Source: an uncultured Anaerovibrio sp. (GTDB lineage Bacteria; Bacillota; Negativicutes; Selenomonadales; Selenomonadaceae). From it: a DNA stretch of 64,000 nt. The stretch is from assembly GCF_902786545.1 (NCBI RefSeq), contig NZ_CADACU010000001.1. The stretch is one strand, 5' to 3'. Below the pieces are notes generated by a model, which did not search any database, had not been told where the DNA came from, and saw only the letters and a program-made list of their open reading frames with translations. This document shows, in pieces, positions 17,129 through 26,851 of the stretch. Numbering within the stretch: the stretch's first letter is position 1; every line of letters starts with the position of its first letter. The position numbers were made by a program, and so were the translations under genes.

Positions 17129-19105
17129 TTATTTCTTATCAAATCCATACTTTTTAAGATACCGATACAAGGTTACCCGGCTGACATGCAGAAGGTTGGC
17201 CATCCGGCTTACATTGCCCCCGGCGGCCTTCCACGCCTTGACGAAAATATCCTTATCTTCCTTCCACTTGTTATCAGGCTTAACATCCCCCATCAGATTG
17301 ATGTCCTCCGGACGAATGACTCCATCAGCGGTCTTAAAGAAGGCTACCTCAATGACCCCCTGCAGTTGCTTTATATTCCCCGGCCAATCGTAGTTCATCA
17401 ACAGCTCCACGGTTTCCGGGGCAATCTCCTTGACCGCCATCTGGTGCTGGCTGGCCAATTCATTGACAATATGGTTGGCCAAATCCCGGATATCCTCTCT
17501 ACGGTTTCTAAGAGATGGAATCCTTATCACACTGCGGGAGATAATATCATATAACTCACGGGAAAACAAGCCCCTTTCCGTCAGGCGCTTCAAATCGCTG
17601 TCACAAGCCCCAATAATCCGCACATCAATGGAGCGTTCCACATTTTCCCCCACCCGGTTTGACTGGCTGGTATTAAGGGCTGCCGCCAATTCCACCGCGA
17701 TATTCCGTGGCATTTTCTCGATTTCATCAATAAACAGGGTACCGCCGGAAGCCAGTTCCAGCTTGCCTGGATGACTGATATCCGTATTCAGGGCCACCCC
17801 AAACAATTCCTGTTCCAGGATTTCCGGGGTAGTATCACCGCAATGAATAGTAATCAGTGGTCCTGCCGCCCGTGGGCTGGCCTGATGTATACCATGGGCC
17901 ATGCGCTGCTTACCGGTTCCTGATTCACCCTGAATAAGCATATGATGCTTGTTCCGGGCAATTCGCAGGGCCTTGTCCTTGATGGAATTAAAATTGGTGC
18001 CACCGCTGACCAACGAATTGAGGCTGTATTTCGCCGTAAAACCAGCCGCATGGGCCACCAATGTCCGCAAATCTTCAATCGGCATGGAGACGGCTACTAC
18101 ACTATGTACCGTATCATCAGCATTATAATCCAATGGCACTACTGTAGTAATGTCCTCGTATGTCTTGGCCTGAGTAATCCAGGTCACTTCTTTATTGTAG
18201 GATGGAACTCCCTTGAACCCCCGATAAATAGGAGTATGACGATAGTTCATAATAACATCATTAAGATTGGTTTTCAGCTCATCATTGCCGTTTTTCTGAG
18301 CACCAATCCCCATGAGACGGCTCATACCCAGCTTATTGGCATAGGCCACCTCATCCCCAGCCATTACATGGTACACCGCAAACGGTGTAGCATCCAGGAT
18401 AGCTTCCTGGGCTTTTATCCGAGTGTATTGGTGCAAATATCCTTCCAATGACTGTTTAATAGTCAGCAGCATGGCAATAATAGCATCCTGAGGCATATCC
18501 GACTGCTCCACTGCCACCAAAGTAATAATATAGGAAATCTCATTGTCTACCACTACCGGAGCCGAGCAGGCATCACTTTGCTGACACTCCTTGGCCCACA
18601 TCTCCGGACCAAACAACCAAAATGGGGACTTATGTTCATAGGTAATACTTATACTGGATGTACCAATGTCCTCGATGCCAACCCGTACACCTTCGATTTC
18701 GCCTGGCGTCATCTGATAAAAAGGCATGGAATAGCTTTTTAGAACAGTGCAGTTGGCATCCAGCAAAAGCAGGCTGATATTATACTTTTGGAAAAACTCC
18801 CTAACATTAACACTGATATTTTCCAAATAATCAATAGCCGGCTTATTCTGCTTCTGAATCTCCTTCAGTTCCTCCACTGACAGGCGGTTAGCCGTTGACA
18901 TCTTTTCATAATCCACCCTTAGGCTGGCACTTTTGGCCCAGGATTTGGCTACCCAAGGGTGCACATTGGGGTCAATCTCTCCCTGTTCAATAAATCTATT
19001 ATAGTACGCTTCCAGCTTCTGTCTGCTCCGTCGTTCCCTAATCATCAATGCGGCCCTCTCTTTCCCGTAATCAAATTTATTCCTTCCCAAAATTTCACAT
19101 ATCAT
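17129..19105 (-). CDS. AAA+ enhancer-binding-type transcriptional regulator (AcoR-like N-terminus, Fis-type HTH) lacking the GAFTGA loop
   Basis: Walker A GESGTGK, GGTLFIDEI, DWPGNIKQL, and a C-terminal HTH (ANLLHVSRVTLYRYLKK). The sequence between ELFG and GGTLF reads VALNTDISHPGKLELAS. Confidence 0.85.
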   Translation of the reverse strand: MICEILGRNKFDYGKERAALMIRERRSRQKLEAYYNRFIEQGEIDPNVHPWVAKSWAKSASLRVDYEKMSTANRLSVEELKEIQKQNKPAIDYLENISVNVREFFQKYNISLLLLDANCTVLKSYSMPFYQMTPGEIEGVRVGIEDIGTSSISITYEHKSPFWLFGPEMWAKECQQSDACSAPVVVDNEISYIITLVAVEQSDMPQDAIIAMLLTIKQSLEGYLHQYTRIKAQEAILDATPFAVYHVMAGDEVAYANKLGMSRLMGIGAQKNGNDELKTNLNDVIMNYRHTPIYRGFKGVPSYNKEVTWITQAKTYEDITTVVPLDYNADDTVHSVVAVSMPIEDLRTLVAHAAGFTAKYSLNSLVSGGTNFNSIKDKALRIARNKHHMLIQGESGTGKQRMAHGIHQASPRAAGPLITIHCGDTTPEILEQELFGVALNTDISHPGKLELASGGTLFIDEIEKMPRNIAVELAAALNTSQSNRVGENVERSIDVRIIGACDSDLKRLTERGLFSRELYDIISRSVIRIPSLRNRREDIRDLANHIVNELASQHQMAVKEIAPETVELLMNYDWPGNIKQLQGVIEVAFFKTADGVIRPEDINLMGDVKPDNKWKEDKDIFVKAWKAAGGNVSRMANLLHVSRVTLYRYLKKYGFDKK

Positions 19106-19348
19106 CTTATTTTATCATCAGTGATTTTCTACTGCAAATTTTCTGATGAAAAAGTTACATTTTTAGGCTAATAATTAGTCAAAATATGTAATATTATGTT
19201 TACCCTACACTAACGGGTGCTAAGTCTTTCTTTTTAGATGAACGCCAAGCACCTGTGACGCTGAGAATAAATTCGGCTAAACTCAGTGAAAGATTACAGC
19301 TCTCGCTGAATAAGTCTCATTTTACTGCTTTATTCAAAGGGGCAAATA

Positions 19349-19357
19349 TGGTATAAT
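19349..19357 (+). promoter_or_regulatory. Extended -10 element TGGTATAAT
   Basis: Read directly, about 45 nt upstream of the ATG at 19403. The -35 is weak. Confidence 0.4.
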
Positions 19358-19402
19358 TTTTCTGCGTTTGTGCAAATTTTTTTAAGATAGGTGATTATTT
19401 CA

Positions 19403-19738
19403 ATGTCTACCCAATATAAGAAAATCCAGAAAAAAACTGCACCAAAAACCAATGCAGTTGCCAAATCAAATTTAAAACCTAAAGCCAGCCGGGATTTGCT
19501 GCTGATTATTCTGATAGTATTTACCCTGCTCATTCTTGGGCTGGCCTGGTCCAATATGGATAATCTCGGTCGGGGCATGTATGCCTGCCTCAGTGTTGGT
19601 ATGATTGTGGTTTATGTGAACCGGCATGCCAACTTCAGCGACAAAGTCCATCGAATTCTCATTGGAGTCAGCCTGGCTACCCTGTGCTCCTCCATCGCGC
19701 TCCTGTGCCTGAGTGTATATTACCAGTTCTTCGCCTAA
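19403..19738 (+). CDS. Small membrane protein (about 111 aa, 3 predicted TM)
   Basis: Lys-rich N-terminus followed by hydrophobic segments. ATG at 19403 inside the tracked ORF. Confidence 0.5.
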   Translation: MSTQYKKIQKKTAPKTNAVAKSNLKPKASRDLLLIILIVFTLLILGLAWSNMDNLGRGMYACLSVGMIVVYVNRHANFSDKVHRILIGVSLATLCSSIALLCLSVYYQFFA

Positions 19739-19799
19739 GGCATAATTAAATCCATACTAGTAGTGCATTCTTGCATTCATGTTTTATTTTGCCATAAAA

Positions 19800-19839
19800 A
19801 GACCCCCATAAGTTAGATTGGCCTAACTTATGGGGGTCT
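19800..19839. terminator. 17-bp hairpin; the T-run is on the minus-strand side only
   Basis: AGACCCCCATAAGTTAG / CTAACTTATGGGGGTCT perfect stem with a 6-nt loop. The minus strand continues TTTTTATGG. Confidence 0.5.
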
Positions 19840-19998
19840 CTACAGTTGCGACCTGGGTGGTTTTTCTGTTGATATGATTTATTTGCAATAACACATATTA
19901 TTGTCTTAGCAGGATTATCCTTTAACCATGAAGAATACTTCTCAGACAAGTAACTATTGAAATAGTCCATTAGCTCATCATAAAGGAGGAAAAATATT

Positions 19999-20571
19999 AT
20001 GAAGAAACAATCTATACGAATCCTATTATTGGTTTTAACCCTTGTTTGCGCCATGGCCTCGGTTGCTACAGCCGCAGCCTTGCCCCGGGTGGCCTTGATT
20101 TACACCAATAACGCCAACACTACCTACGATACAGAACTGGACAGCTGTGTACTGGATAATCTCAACAAGACCCTATCCCAGCATTTCGAAGTTGTTAAAA
20201 ATGACACAGTGGTGCAAAAACTGACAGATATGGGTATGACCGATCTTTCCATGGCAGAACGCCGCGATATCCTAGATGCCGTTGCCGGCGAGGAATGTAC
20301 CTATGTTATTTGTCTTTCCCTGGAGCCGTTTCAACGCAAGGAGAAAATCACCTTCTTCACCCAGGGGATTGAAATGATTGCCACCGTTCCGTGCAAAATT
20401 ATCGATGTTAAAAACGACCGTTATATCTATAACGGTAAGTTCGTAGAAAAGCAATCGGACAGCACCTGGATTGGCTCTGTTGGCAACAAGTCGGTGGCGC
20501 TCCAGGCCCTCCAGAAAGTAAACAAGGGCCTCAACAAAATTTTAAATGAAAAAATGCTTGTGGCTAAATAA
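19999..20571 (+). CDS. Secreted hypothetical protein (190 aa)
   Basis: AGGAGGA RBS, signal peptide MKKQSIRILLLVLTLVCAMASVATA, terminator downstream. Confidence 0.6.
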   Translation: MKKQSIRILLLVLTLVCAMASVATAAALPRVALIYTNNANTTYDTELDSCVLDNLNKTLSQHFEVVKNDTVVQKLTDMGMTDLSMAERRDILDAVAGEECTYVICLSLEPFQRKEKITFFTQGIEMIATVPCKIIDVKNDRYIYNGKFVEKQSDSTWIGSVGNKSVALQALQKVNKGLNKILNEKMLVAK

Positions 20572-20639
20572 AAATGTATGCCATATAGTTCAACCAGGAC
20601 AATCCCTTCGCTATTCACCAAAAAGGGCCTGACTGAAAT

Positions 20640-20675
20640 ATACCCTCCTCCCTGGACATCCAGGAAGGAGGGTAT
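20640..20675. terminator. Bidirectional terminator between convergent genes
   Basis: 16-bp stem ATACCCTCCTCCCTGG / CCAGGAAGGAGGGTAT with one mismatch, a 4-nt loop and a T-run after it. Confidence 0.7.
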
Positions 20676-20679
20676 ATTT

Positions 20680-22182
20680 TTATGGAATCCGACGGTCTTC
20701 CCCGTCGGTTATTACTTTCTTCCAACCATAGTACTGGGCATACATTATGTTATGGCTGCCCTCCGGCCGTGGCTCCAAATCCGAGCCCCAGGCCAAAATA
20801 TCCGTATTCCAGGTAACACAAGTCCATACTTCACAAACTTCATCCGCCAGCGGCCATACATCAATCTGATGCACTACCACCAGCTCCTTTTCCCTATTGG
20901 CATTTATATAGTCGATGCGGCTCATCCATTGCTGACGCACATCCCACTCCACCTTGCAGGTGAAAGCTGCCGTAACCAGTAACAAGGCCATCCCAATCAC
21001 TGTAACAGTCTGCCATATAGGCCTGCATTTCTGCCAAACGGCTTGATTGTTCAATAGCTCCTTCAAGGCAGACAGAGAGGCAATTATCACCGCCACGGTG
21101 GAAAAAAAGCCCGCCCGGGCTGGTGCTACTGGAACAAACAGCATAATAATCATAACGGATATGGCTCCCCCCAGCATAGCAGCCTGAAATCTGGTGGTCC
21201 GGTTCCAGCGTTGCCCAACCGGAAGCTGCCAGATATAAAAGCCAATAAGCCCCAACAAAGGAATCCATAACTTGGTGACAGCCAAAAAACACTCAAAGAA
21301 GTTTATTTGAAACATTAACGGGGTCCAATACATATCAGCTGGGAGACCCGGATTATATTCATACAATCTCTGCAGCTCTAACCGGACCATTTCCCCCGGA
21401 GCCTGGGTCAGCATCAATCCCCCAATGCACAGGAATAGGAATCCTACTATCATCCATAACTGCAGCTGCCTCTGCTGGCGAAAATAAAGCAGGGCCAATA
21501 AAGCAATAAACCCTGTGGCCGCGGCGCCAGTTTCCACGGACCAGCCGGCACACAAGCCGCTTATCGCCATAAGAGGAACTGCCCAGCGAGGTGGTTTTTG
21601 CCAAAAATCAGGCTGCCAATATTTTGCCGCAAAGGGCATCAGAAACAGAAATTCCAACAGCCCCATCCATAAAAATACACAGCTGCCACACATCCATAAA
21701 GTGGTCAAAAAAGGATCCGGCAGCAGGAACCAAAAACTCAGCACAAGCCATAGCATATAAGTACGGTTCATGGACCGCAGGGAAAGTCCGGTGCCCAGGC
21801 GGAAGGCCAGTAACATCAGTCCGCCAAATACCAGTGTATTAAACACATTAAATAGTTCCTTCCCCTGCCAGGCAAACAACTGGGTCAGCCCAATTCCCAG
21901 AATCCGTCCCCCCCAGGTAAAATAATGTGACCACTGACTGATGATGATATCACCAAAGGAGGTAATACGCTCTCTTGGCCCTACTCCATCCAGCAGATTG
22001 CCCCGATCGGCTCCATCCCAGATAAAAGCGTAAGGAATATCATCTGACACCATAGGCAGCATAAAATTTCTCACTAAAAACAATCCTATAAAAAGCAAAA
22101 ATATCATCTGCCAAGAAAACAGTTTGTTGATTGATTGTTCGCCATTTTTCACTAGTTGTCTGTCCCCCCGTATTTCTCCCAA
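20680..22182 (-). CDS. GT-C-like polytopic membrane protein, paralog 2 (putative glycosyltransferase)
   Basis: About 11-13 TM segments. SDDIPYAF acidic motif directly after TM1. The shared WxHYFxWGGR block and overall colinearity with the upstream paralog are visible by eye. Confidence 0.55.
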   Translation of the reverse strand: MGEIRGDRQLVKNGEQSINKLFSWQMIFLLFIGLFLVRNFMLPMVSDDIPYAFIWDGADRGNLLDGVGPRERITSFGDIIISQWSHYFTWGGRILGIGLTQLFAWQGKELFNVFNTLVFGGLMLLAFRLGTGLSLRSMNRTYMLWLVLSFWFLLPDPFLTTLWMCGSCVFLWMGLLEFLFLMPFAAKYWQPDFWQKPPRWAVPLMAISGLCAGWSVETGAAATGFIALLALLYFRQQRQLQLWMIVGFLFLCIGGLMLTQAPGEMVRLELQRLYEYNPGLPADMYWTPLMFQINFFECFLAVTKLWIPLLGLIGFYIWQLPVGQRWNRTTRFQAAMLGGAISVMIIMLFVPVAPARAGFFSTVAVIIASLSALKELLNNQAVWQKCRPIWQTVTVIGMALLLVTAAFTCKVEWDVRQQWMSRIDYINANREKELVVVHQIDVWPLADEVCEVWTCVTWNTDILAWGSDLEPRPEGSHNIMYAQYYGWKKVITDGEDRRIP

Positions 22183-23684
22183 TCGAACTCCCGGTCAATC
22201 CGGATGCTTTTTAAACCATAGTATTGGGCAAATATATTGGAACGGTTATCCGTCGGCTTATATTCAAGGTCTGCCCCATAAATCAGGTGATAGATGGTCA
22301 GGGAACGCGGTCCTAACCATTCATCCAGATTGTCGGGTATATATAAGGCAGAAACCACAATTTCATCATCCTGACGATGCTCATTCACATAAACCTTCCG
22401 ATCCTGCCACTGCTGGGCGTAAGAATTTTCTACATACAAGGCCCCCACAAAGGATAAAACCACATAAACAAAGGCTATAATGCCGGTTCCCAGTGCCAGT
22501 CTCCGCCAAAGCAAGGAATTCTGCAATACATCCCGCAAATAAGGAACACATTCCTTTAAGGCCGCCACCGAAGCTATGGTCAAAAACATAGTGGAGTGAA
22601 AGCCGGTATGGACCTTAAATTCCGGGGAAAACATCATCAGAACCAGTATTTCCAACCCAGCCAGAAGGAAGGCTATTATATAGGATTTATCACCACGCTT
22701 TTTTTCTCTCTGCATAAAATATAGCAGCAAAGGTAAAAACAAAAAGGCTTCCCATAAAATAACCGGCAAAAAACCTTCCGTGAAATTTCGGTAAAACATA
22801 GCAGGGGTAAAGAGCTGTTGGGCAGGCAATACATAATCCGCCTCGTACTCCAGCATATATTCCTCCCGCATTATGGAGCCCGGTGCCAGAATCAACAGCA
22901 TACAGCCAATAACAGCACCGCCAACTCCGGCCAGCATCCATGGACTTAATTTTCCCTCCCGATGGCGGATGGCTATCGAAGCCATTCCCAACAGAGTTAT
23001 GGTAACTAGGCTACCACCTTCCTGGGACCAGCCAGCCAGCAATCCCAACAGTGCCATCAGCAGCCATGCCCACTTGGGCCAATTCCTGCCAAACTCCCTG
23101 TTTCGATACGCCAGGGCATAGGGCAACAATAAACCACATTCCCACAAGCCAGTCCACATATATACACAGGTCCCCGTCATCCAAATCATGGTGGTTATGT
23201 AGTCCAATACACCAAAATTTAGTCCAATAATCACCCACAAAAAACATCCCTTGGCTTTTGCCGGTGATATTATTTTTCCCATAGCCAACCAATATAGAAC
23301 CAGCATCAACAGCAAATACACCAGGGTGTTGCACAGAGCAAAACCAGCTTTTTCCTGCCAGGCAAAAAATTGAATAATCAGCATGGAAAATGTACGACCG
23401 CCCCAAGAAAAATAATGGTTCCACTGGGATATGACAATATCCCCAAGGCTTTCAAGCCGTTGCCGTGGTCCGATGTCATCCAATAAATTCCCGCCGTGCT
23501 CCGAATTCCAGATAAAGGCATAGGCATAGTCATCACCACTCATGGGCATTAGCTGACTTCGCCAGAAAAATATCAGCCCAAAAATAAGCAATATGGCCTG
23601 CCATGGCAATTTATTCCATATTTTCTCTATACCACTTATCATATATAAGCACCTCAACCCACAAATAGAAAAGCTGCATTTCAT
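22152..23684 (-). CDS. GT-C-like polytopic membrane protein, paralog 1 (putative glycosyltransferase)
   Basis: SGDDYAYAF motif after TM1 and a QWNHYFSWGGR block. ATGA overlap with the RND stop; an alternative start is the ATG at 23642. Confidence 0.55.
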   Translation of the reverse strand: MKCSFSICGLRCLYMISGIEKIWNKLPWQAILLIFGLIFFWRSQLMPMSGDDYAYAFIWNSEHGGNLLDDIGPRQRLESLGDIVISQWNHYFSWGGRTFSMLIIQFFAWQEKAGFALCNTLVYLLLMLVLYWLAMGKIISPAKAKGCFLWVIIGLNFGVLDYITTMIWMTGTCVYMWTGLWECGLLLPYALAYRNREFGRNWPKWAWLLMALLGLLAGWSQEGGSLVTITLLGMASIAIRHREGKLSPWMLAGVGGAVIGCMLLILAPGSIMREEYMLEYEADYVLPAQQLFTPAMFYRNFTEGFLPVILWEAFLFLPLLLYFMQREKKRGDKSYIIAFLLAGLEILVLMMFSPEFKVHTGFHSTMFLTIASVAALKECVPYLRDVLQNSLLWRRLALGTGIIAFVYVVLSFVGALYVENSYAQQWQDRKVYVNEHRQDDEIVVSALYIPDNLDEWLGPRSLTIYHLIYGADLEYKPTDNRSNIFAQYYGLKSIRIDREFDWEKYGGTDN

Positions 23685-26600
23685 TCAGCAGCTTTTCCTT
23701 GGCGATTTCCCTCATATGTCCGGCTAATCAGTATGAACAGCAGTGGAATAACAAATACACCCAAAACAGTACCAACGGTCATGCCGCTTACTACAGCGAC
23801 TCCCATACTGCACCGGGATACACTGCCGGCCCCATCAGCAAAGGCTAATGGCAGGCAGCCAACTACAAAGGCAAAAGAGGTCATAATTATCGGTCTAAAC
23901 CGCAATTTAGCCGCAACCATTACCGCCCTTAACGGAGTCATTCCATTATCCACCCGTTCTTTGGCATACTCCACAATTAGTATGGCATTTTTAACTGTCA
24001 GCCCTACCATCAAAAGGATACCAATCTGAACGAATATACTTACCGGGATATCCGTTAACACCATTCCCAGCAATGCGCCACCAATACCCAATGGCACCGA
24101 CAGCAACACGGCCACCGGCAAGCTCCAGGACTCATACAGCGCCACCAGACACAGGAAAACAAATAATATACCCAAAGCCAAAATGTACACCACATCCTGC
24201 TGAGCCCGTTTTTCCTGCTGACTGTCCTTGGACCAGGCCAAACGATAACCCGTCCCTACTACCTTATTGGCAGCCTCTTCAATGGCCTCCATTGCCTCGC
24301 CGGAAGAATATCCATCAGCAGCGGTAACTGTCACCTGAAAACTCCGCACACCGTTATACCGGCTGATATAGGCCGGACCAACCCCCTTGTTGGATTGTAC
24401 CAGACTATTTATCGGTACCATCACTCCGTCTGCACTGCGGACATACAAATACCGCAAATCCGTTTCAGTGGCCCTATAGCCTTGATCAGCCTGCAATACC
24501 GTCTTGTACACCTGACCGTAGCGATTAAAATCATTTACTTCCTGACCACCTAGAAGCACTTCCAGGGTAGAATATATATCCGCCAGGTTCACATTCAGCT
24601 CCTTGGCCCGGTCCTCATTGACGGTAAAATCAATATAAGGCGTATTTATAGAAAAGCCAATATCCACCTCGTCCAGCTCTTCCCGACTTTTTGCTTCTCG
24701 ATACAGGGCCAAGGCCAGGTCACTAAGCTCCTGATCCGTATGACCGGTAATATCCATTACTTGCAGAGAAATGTCCCGGGAAATGAACGGGGCCACCACC
24801 AGCCCATGTGCCTCTGGTATAGACTGTTGGACTGCTTCATTGGCCGATGCAACAATATCTTCTGTATTAGCCCCCAACTCCCTGCGTTCGTCCCAATCCT
24901 TCATGGCCACAAACATTATTCCTGCACTGGACTTGGTAGTATCACTCAATAGATCCGCCCCAGTAACACCTACAATATTGGCCAAAGCATCATTTTGCAG
25001 CAAGGCTTCGGTCAGACGGTTGAGGGAATCAGCCGTACGGTTCATAGAGGTTCCTTCCGGCAGATTAACCCCAACCATATAGTACCCCTGATCCTCGCCA
25101 GGGATAAATTCAGTTGGCAACAGCCGATAAACAACGACAATTAACGCCGTCAGTACCGCCAATCCGGTCAATATCATACCGGTGCGTCGGATACACCAGC
25201 CCAAACCCTTTAAATATCTTTGCTGACAAGACCGGAAAAAAGACTGAAATCGACTTAACAAACGGTTATTATCTTGCTGTACACTCAATGATGGCAAAAT
25301 AAGCACACAAAGTGCCGGTGTAAGGGACAACGCCACTATTGCCGAGATACCCATGGATACGGCTATAGTCAAGGCAAACTGACGATACAAGATTCCCGTC
25401 ATTCCCTCAAAAAAAGCCACCGGCAAAAATACAGCCAACAAAACAAAAGCTATGGCTATAACCGGCTTTTGCACAATGCCCAAAGCCGCCATGGTAGCTT
25501 TCTTGATATCCTGTTCCCCCCGTTCCTGCTCCTGCATAACGCTTTCAACCACTACGATAGCATCATCTACCACCAGACCAATGGCCAAAATCAAGGCAAA
25601 CAGTGTAAGAAGATTTAGAGTAAAGCCCAGTAGCCTAAAGGCAATAAAGGTGGCTATAAGCGATACCGGTATAGTCAAAATGGAAATAATTGTCGCTCCA
25701 CGGTTCTGCAAAAATATATACATGATTATCATAACCATGATAATCGCTTCAATAAAGGTATACGATACCTCATGCATGGATTCAGAAATATACTTCGTCC
25801 GGTCTACTACTATTTTTAATTCCATATCCGGCGGGAAAGACTGCTTCGCCGTGTCCAAAATTTCCCGCACTTTAGTGATAGACTCCAACGCATTGGCGTT
25901 ATCCGCCAGAGAAATGCCATAGGCCGCGGCCGGCTTGCCATCAACGAAGGACAGATAACGGGTATCCTTGGCGCCTTCACTTATCCGCGCCACATCGCTC
26001 AAGCGGGTAATAGCGCCATTTTCCGACTTTAACACTATTTTCGCAAAATCTTCCGGGGTCTGCTTAGTGTTCATTACCCGGCCAATCAACTGCTTTTCCT
26101 GAATAGACGGCGAAGGCGATTTCCCCAAAGAGCCTACTGCTGGTCGGCTGTTTTGCTCCTTAATAGCGCCAGTAACATCGTTTACAGCCAATCCCCGTAC
26201 AGCCAACTTATCCGGCTGCAGCCAGATACGCATAGCGTAATCCTCCGAGTATTCGTCCACACTGCCTACACCGGATACCCGCTTTATCTGATCCAGAAAA
26301 TACGCTTTGGCGTAATTTTGCAGATAAACACTGTCATAGGTTCCATTAGGTGAACACAAAGCCATAACAAAAATCGTGTCCTTAGTACTGCGGCTAACCT
26401 GAATCCCAGATTCCTGAACCTCTTGAGGCAATCGTGAAAGAATCGTCTGCAGGCGATTCTGAACATTCACCGTAGCAATATCGCCAGCAATACCATAATC
26501 AAAGGTGATGCTCAACTGATAGCTGCCGGAAGAATCCGAATAAGAGCTGAGGTTATCTATCCCCTCTATGCCTCTTATTTCATCTTCAATAATTTTGGCC

Positions 26601-26782
26601 ACAGTATCCTGCAACACTTGGGCATCCGCCCCGGGATACTCAGTGGTAACATTGACCGTAGGCTGATTCATATTAGGATATTCCTCTACAGGCAGCTGCA
26701 CTGCCGCAAGTATTCCCAGCAATGTCAGCAAAATAGCCCCTACTACAGCCTGTAGCGGATGTTTAATAAAATATTGAGCCAA
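23681..26782 (-). CDS. RND efflux permease (AcrB/HAE1-like, 1033 aa)
   Basis: Typical N-terminus FIKHPLQAVVGAILLTLLGILAAVQLPVEEYP and a 12-TM, two-large-loop layout. TTG start 7 nt after a GGGGGA RBS. Confidence 0.85.
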   Translation of the reverse strand: MAQYFIKHPLQAVVGAILLTLLGILAAVQLPVEEYPNMNQPTVNVTTEYPGADAQVLQDTVAKIIEDEIRGIEGIDNLSSYSDSSGSYQLSITFDYGIAGDIATVNVQNRLQTILSRLPQEVQESGIQVSRSTKDTIFVMALCSPNGTYDSVYLQNYAKAYFLDQIKRVSGVGSVDEYSEDYAMRIWLQPDKLAVRGLAVNDVTGAIKEQNSRPAVGSLGKSPSPSIQEKQLIGRVMNTKQTPEDFAKIVLKSENGAITRLSDVARISEGAKDTRYLSFVDGKPAAAYGISLADNANALESITKVREILDTAKQSFPPDMELKIVVDRTKYISESMHEVSYTFIEAIIMVMIIMYIFLQNRGATIISILTIPVSLIATFIAFRLLGFTLNLLTLFALILAIGLVVDDAIVVVESVMQEQERGEQDIKKATMAALGIVQKPVIAIAFVLLAVFLPVAFFEGMTGILYRQFALTIAVSMGISAIVALSLTPALCVLILPSLSVQQDNNRLLSRFQSFFRSCQQRYLKGLGWCIRRTGMILTGLAVLTALIVVVYRLLPTEFIPGEDQGYYMVGVNLPEGTSMNRTADSLNRLTEALLQNDALANIVGVTGADLLSDTTKSSAGIMFVAMKDWDERRELGANTEDIVASANEAVQQSIPEAHGLVVAPFISRDISLQVMDITGHTDQELSDLALALYREAKSREELDEVDIGFSINTPYIDFTVNEDRAKELNVNLADIYSTLEVLLGGQEVNDFNRYGQVYKTVLQADQGYRATETDLRYLYVRSADGVMVPINSLVQSNKGVGPAYISRYNGVRSFQVTVTAADGYSSGEAMEAIEEAANKVVGTGYRLAWSKDSQQEKRAQQDVVYILALGILFVFLCLVALYESWSLPVAVLLSVPLGIGGALLGMVLTDIPVSIFVQIGILLMVGLTVKNAILIVEYAKERVDNGMTPLRAVMVAAKLRFRPIIMTSFAFVVGCLPLAFADGAGSVSRCSMGVAVVSGMTVGTVLGVFVIPLLFILISRTYEGNRQGKAAE

Positions 26783-26851
26783 TGATTTTTCCCCCTGCCA
26801 TCTATAGCAAAATGACTGTCACCCAACGATGAAGCTCGCTTAGGATAAGCC

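Noticed and set aside
19746-20054. 102-aa minus-strand ORF.
   Set aside because: It overlaps the start and RBS of the 19999 gene, reads through a perfect 17-bp terminator hairpin, and has no RBS or recognisable motif.
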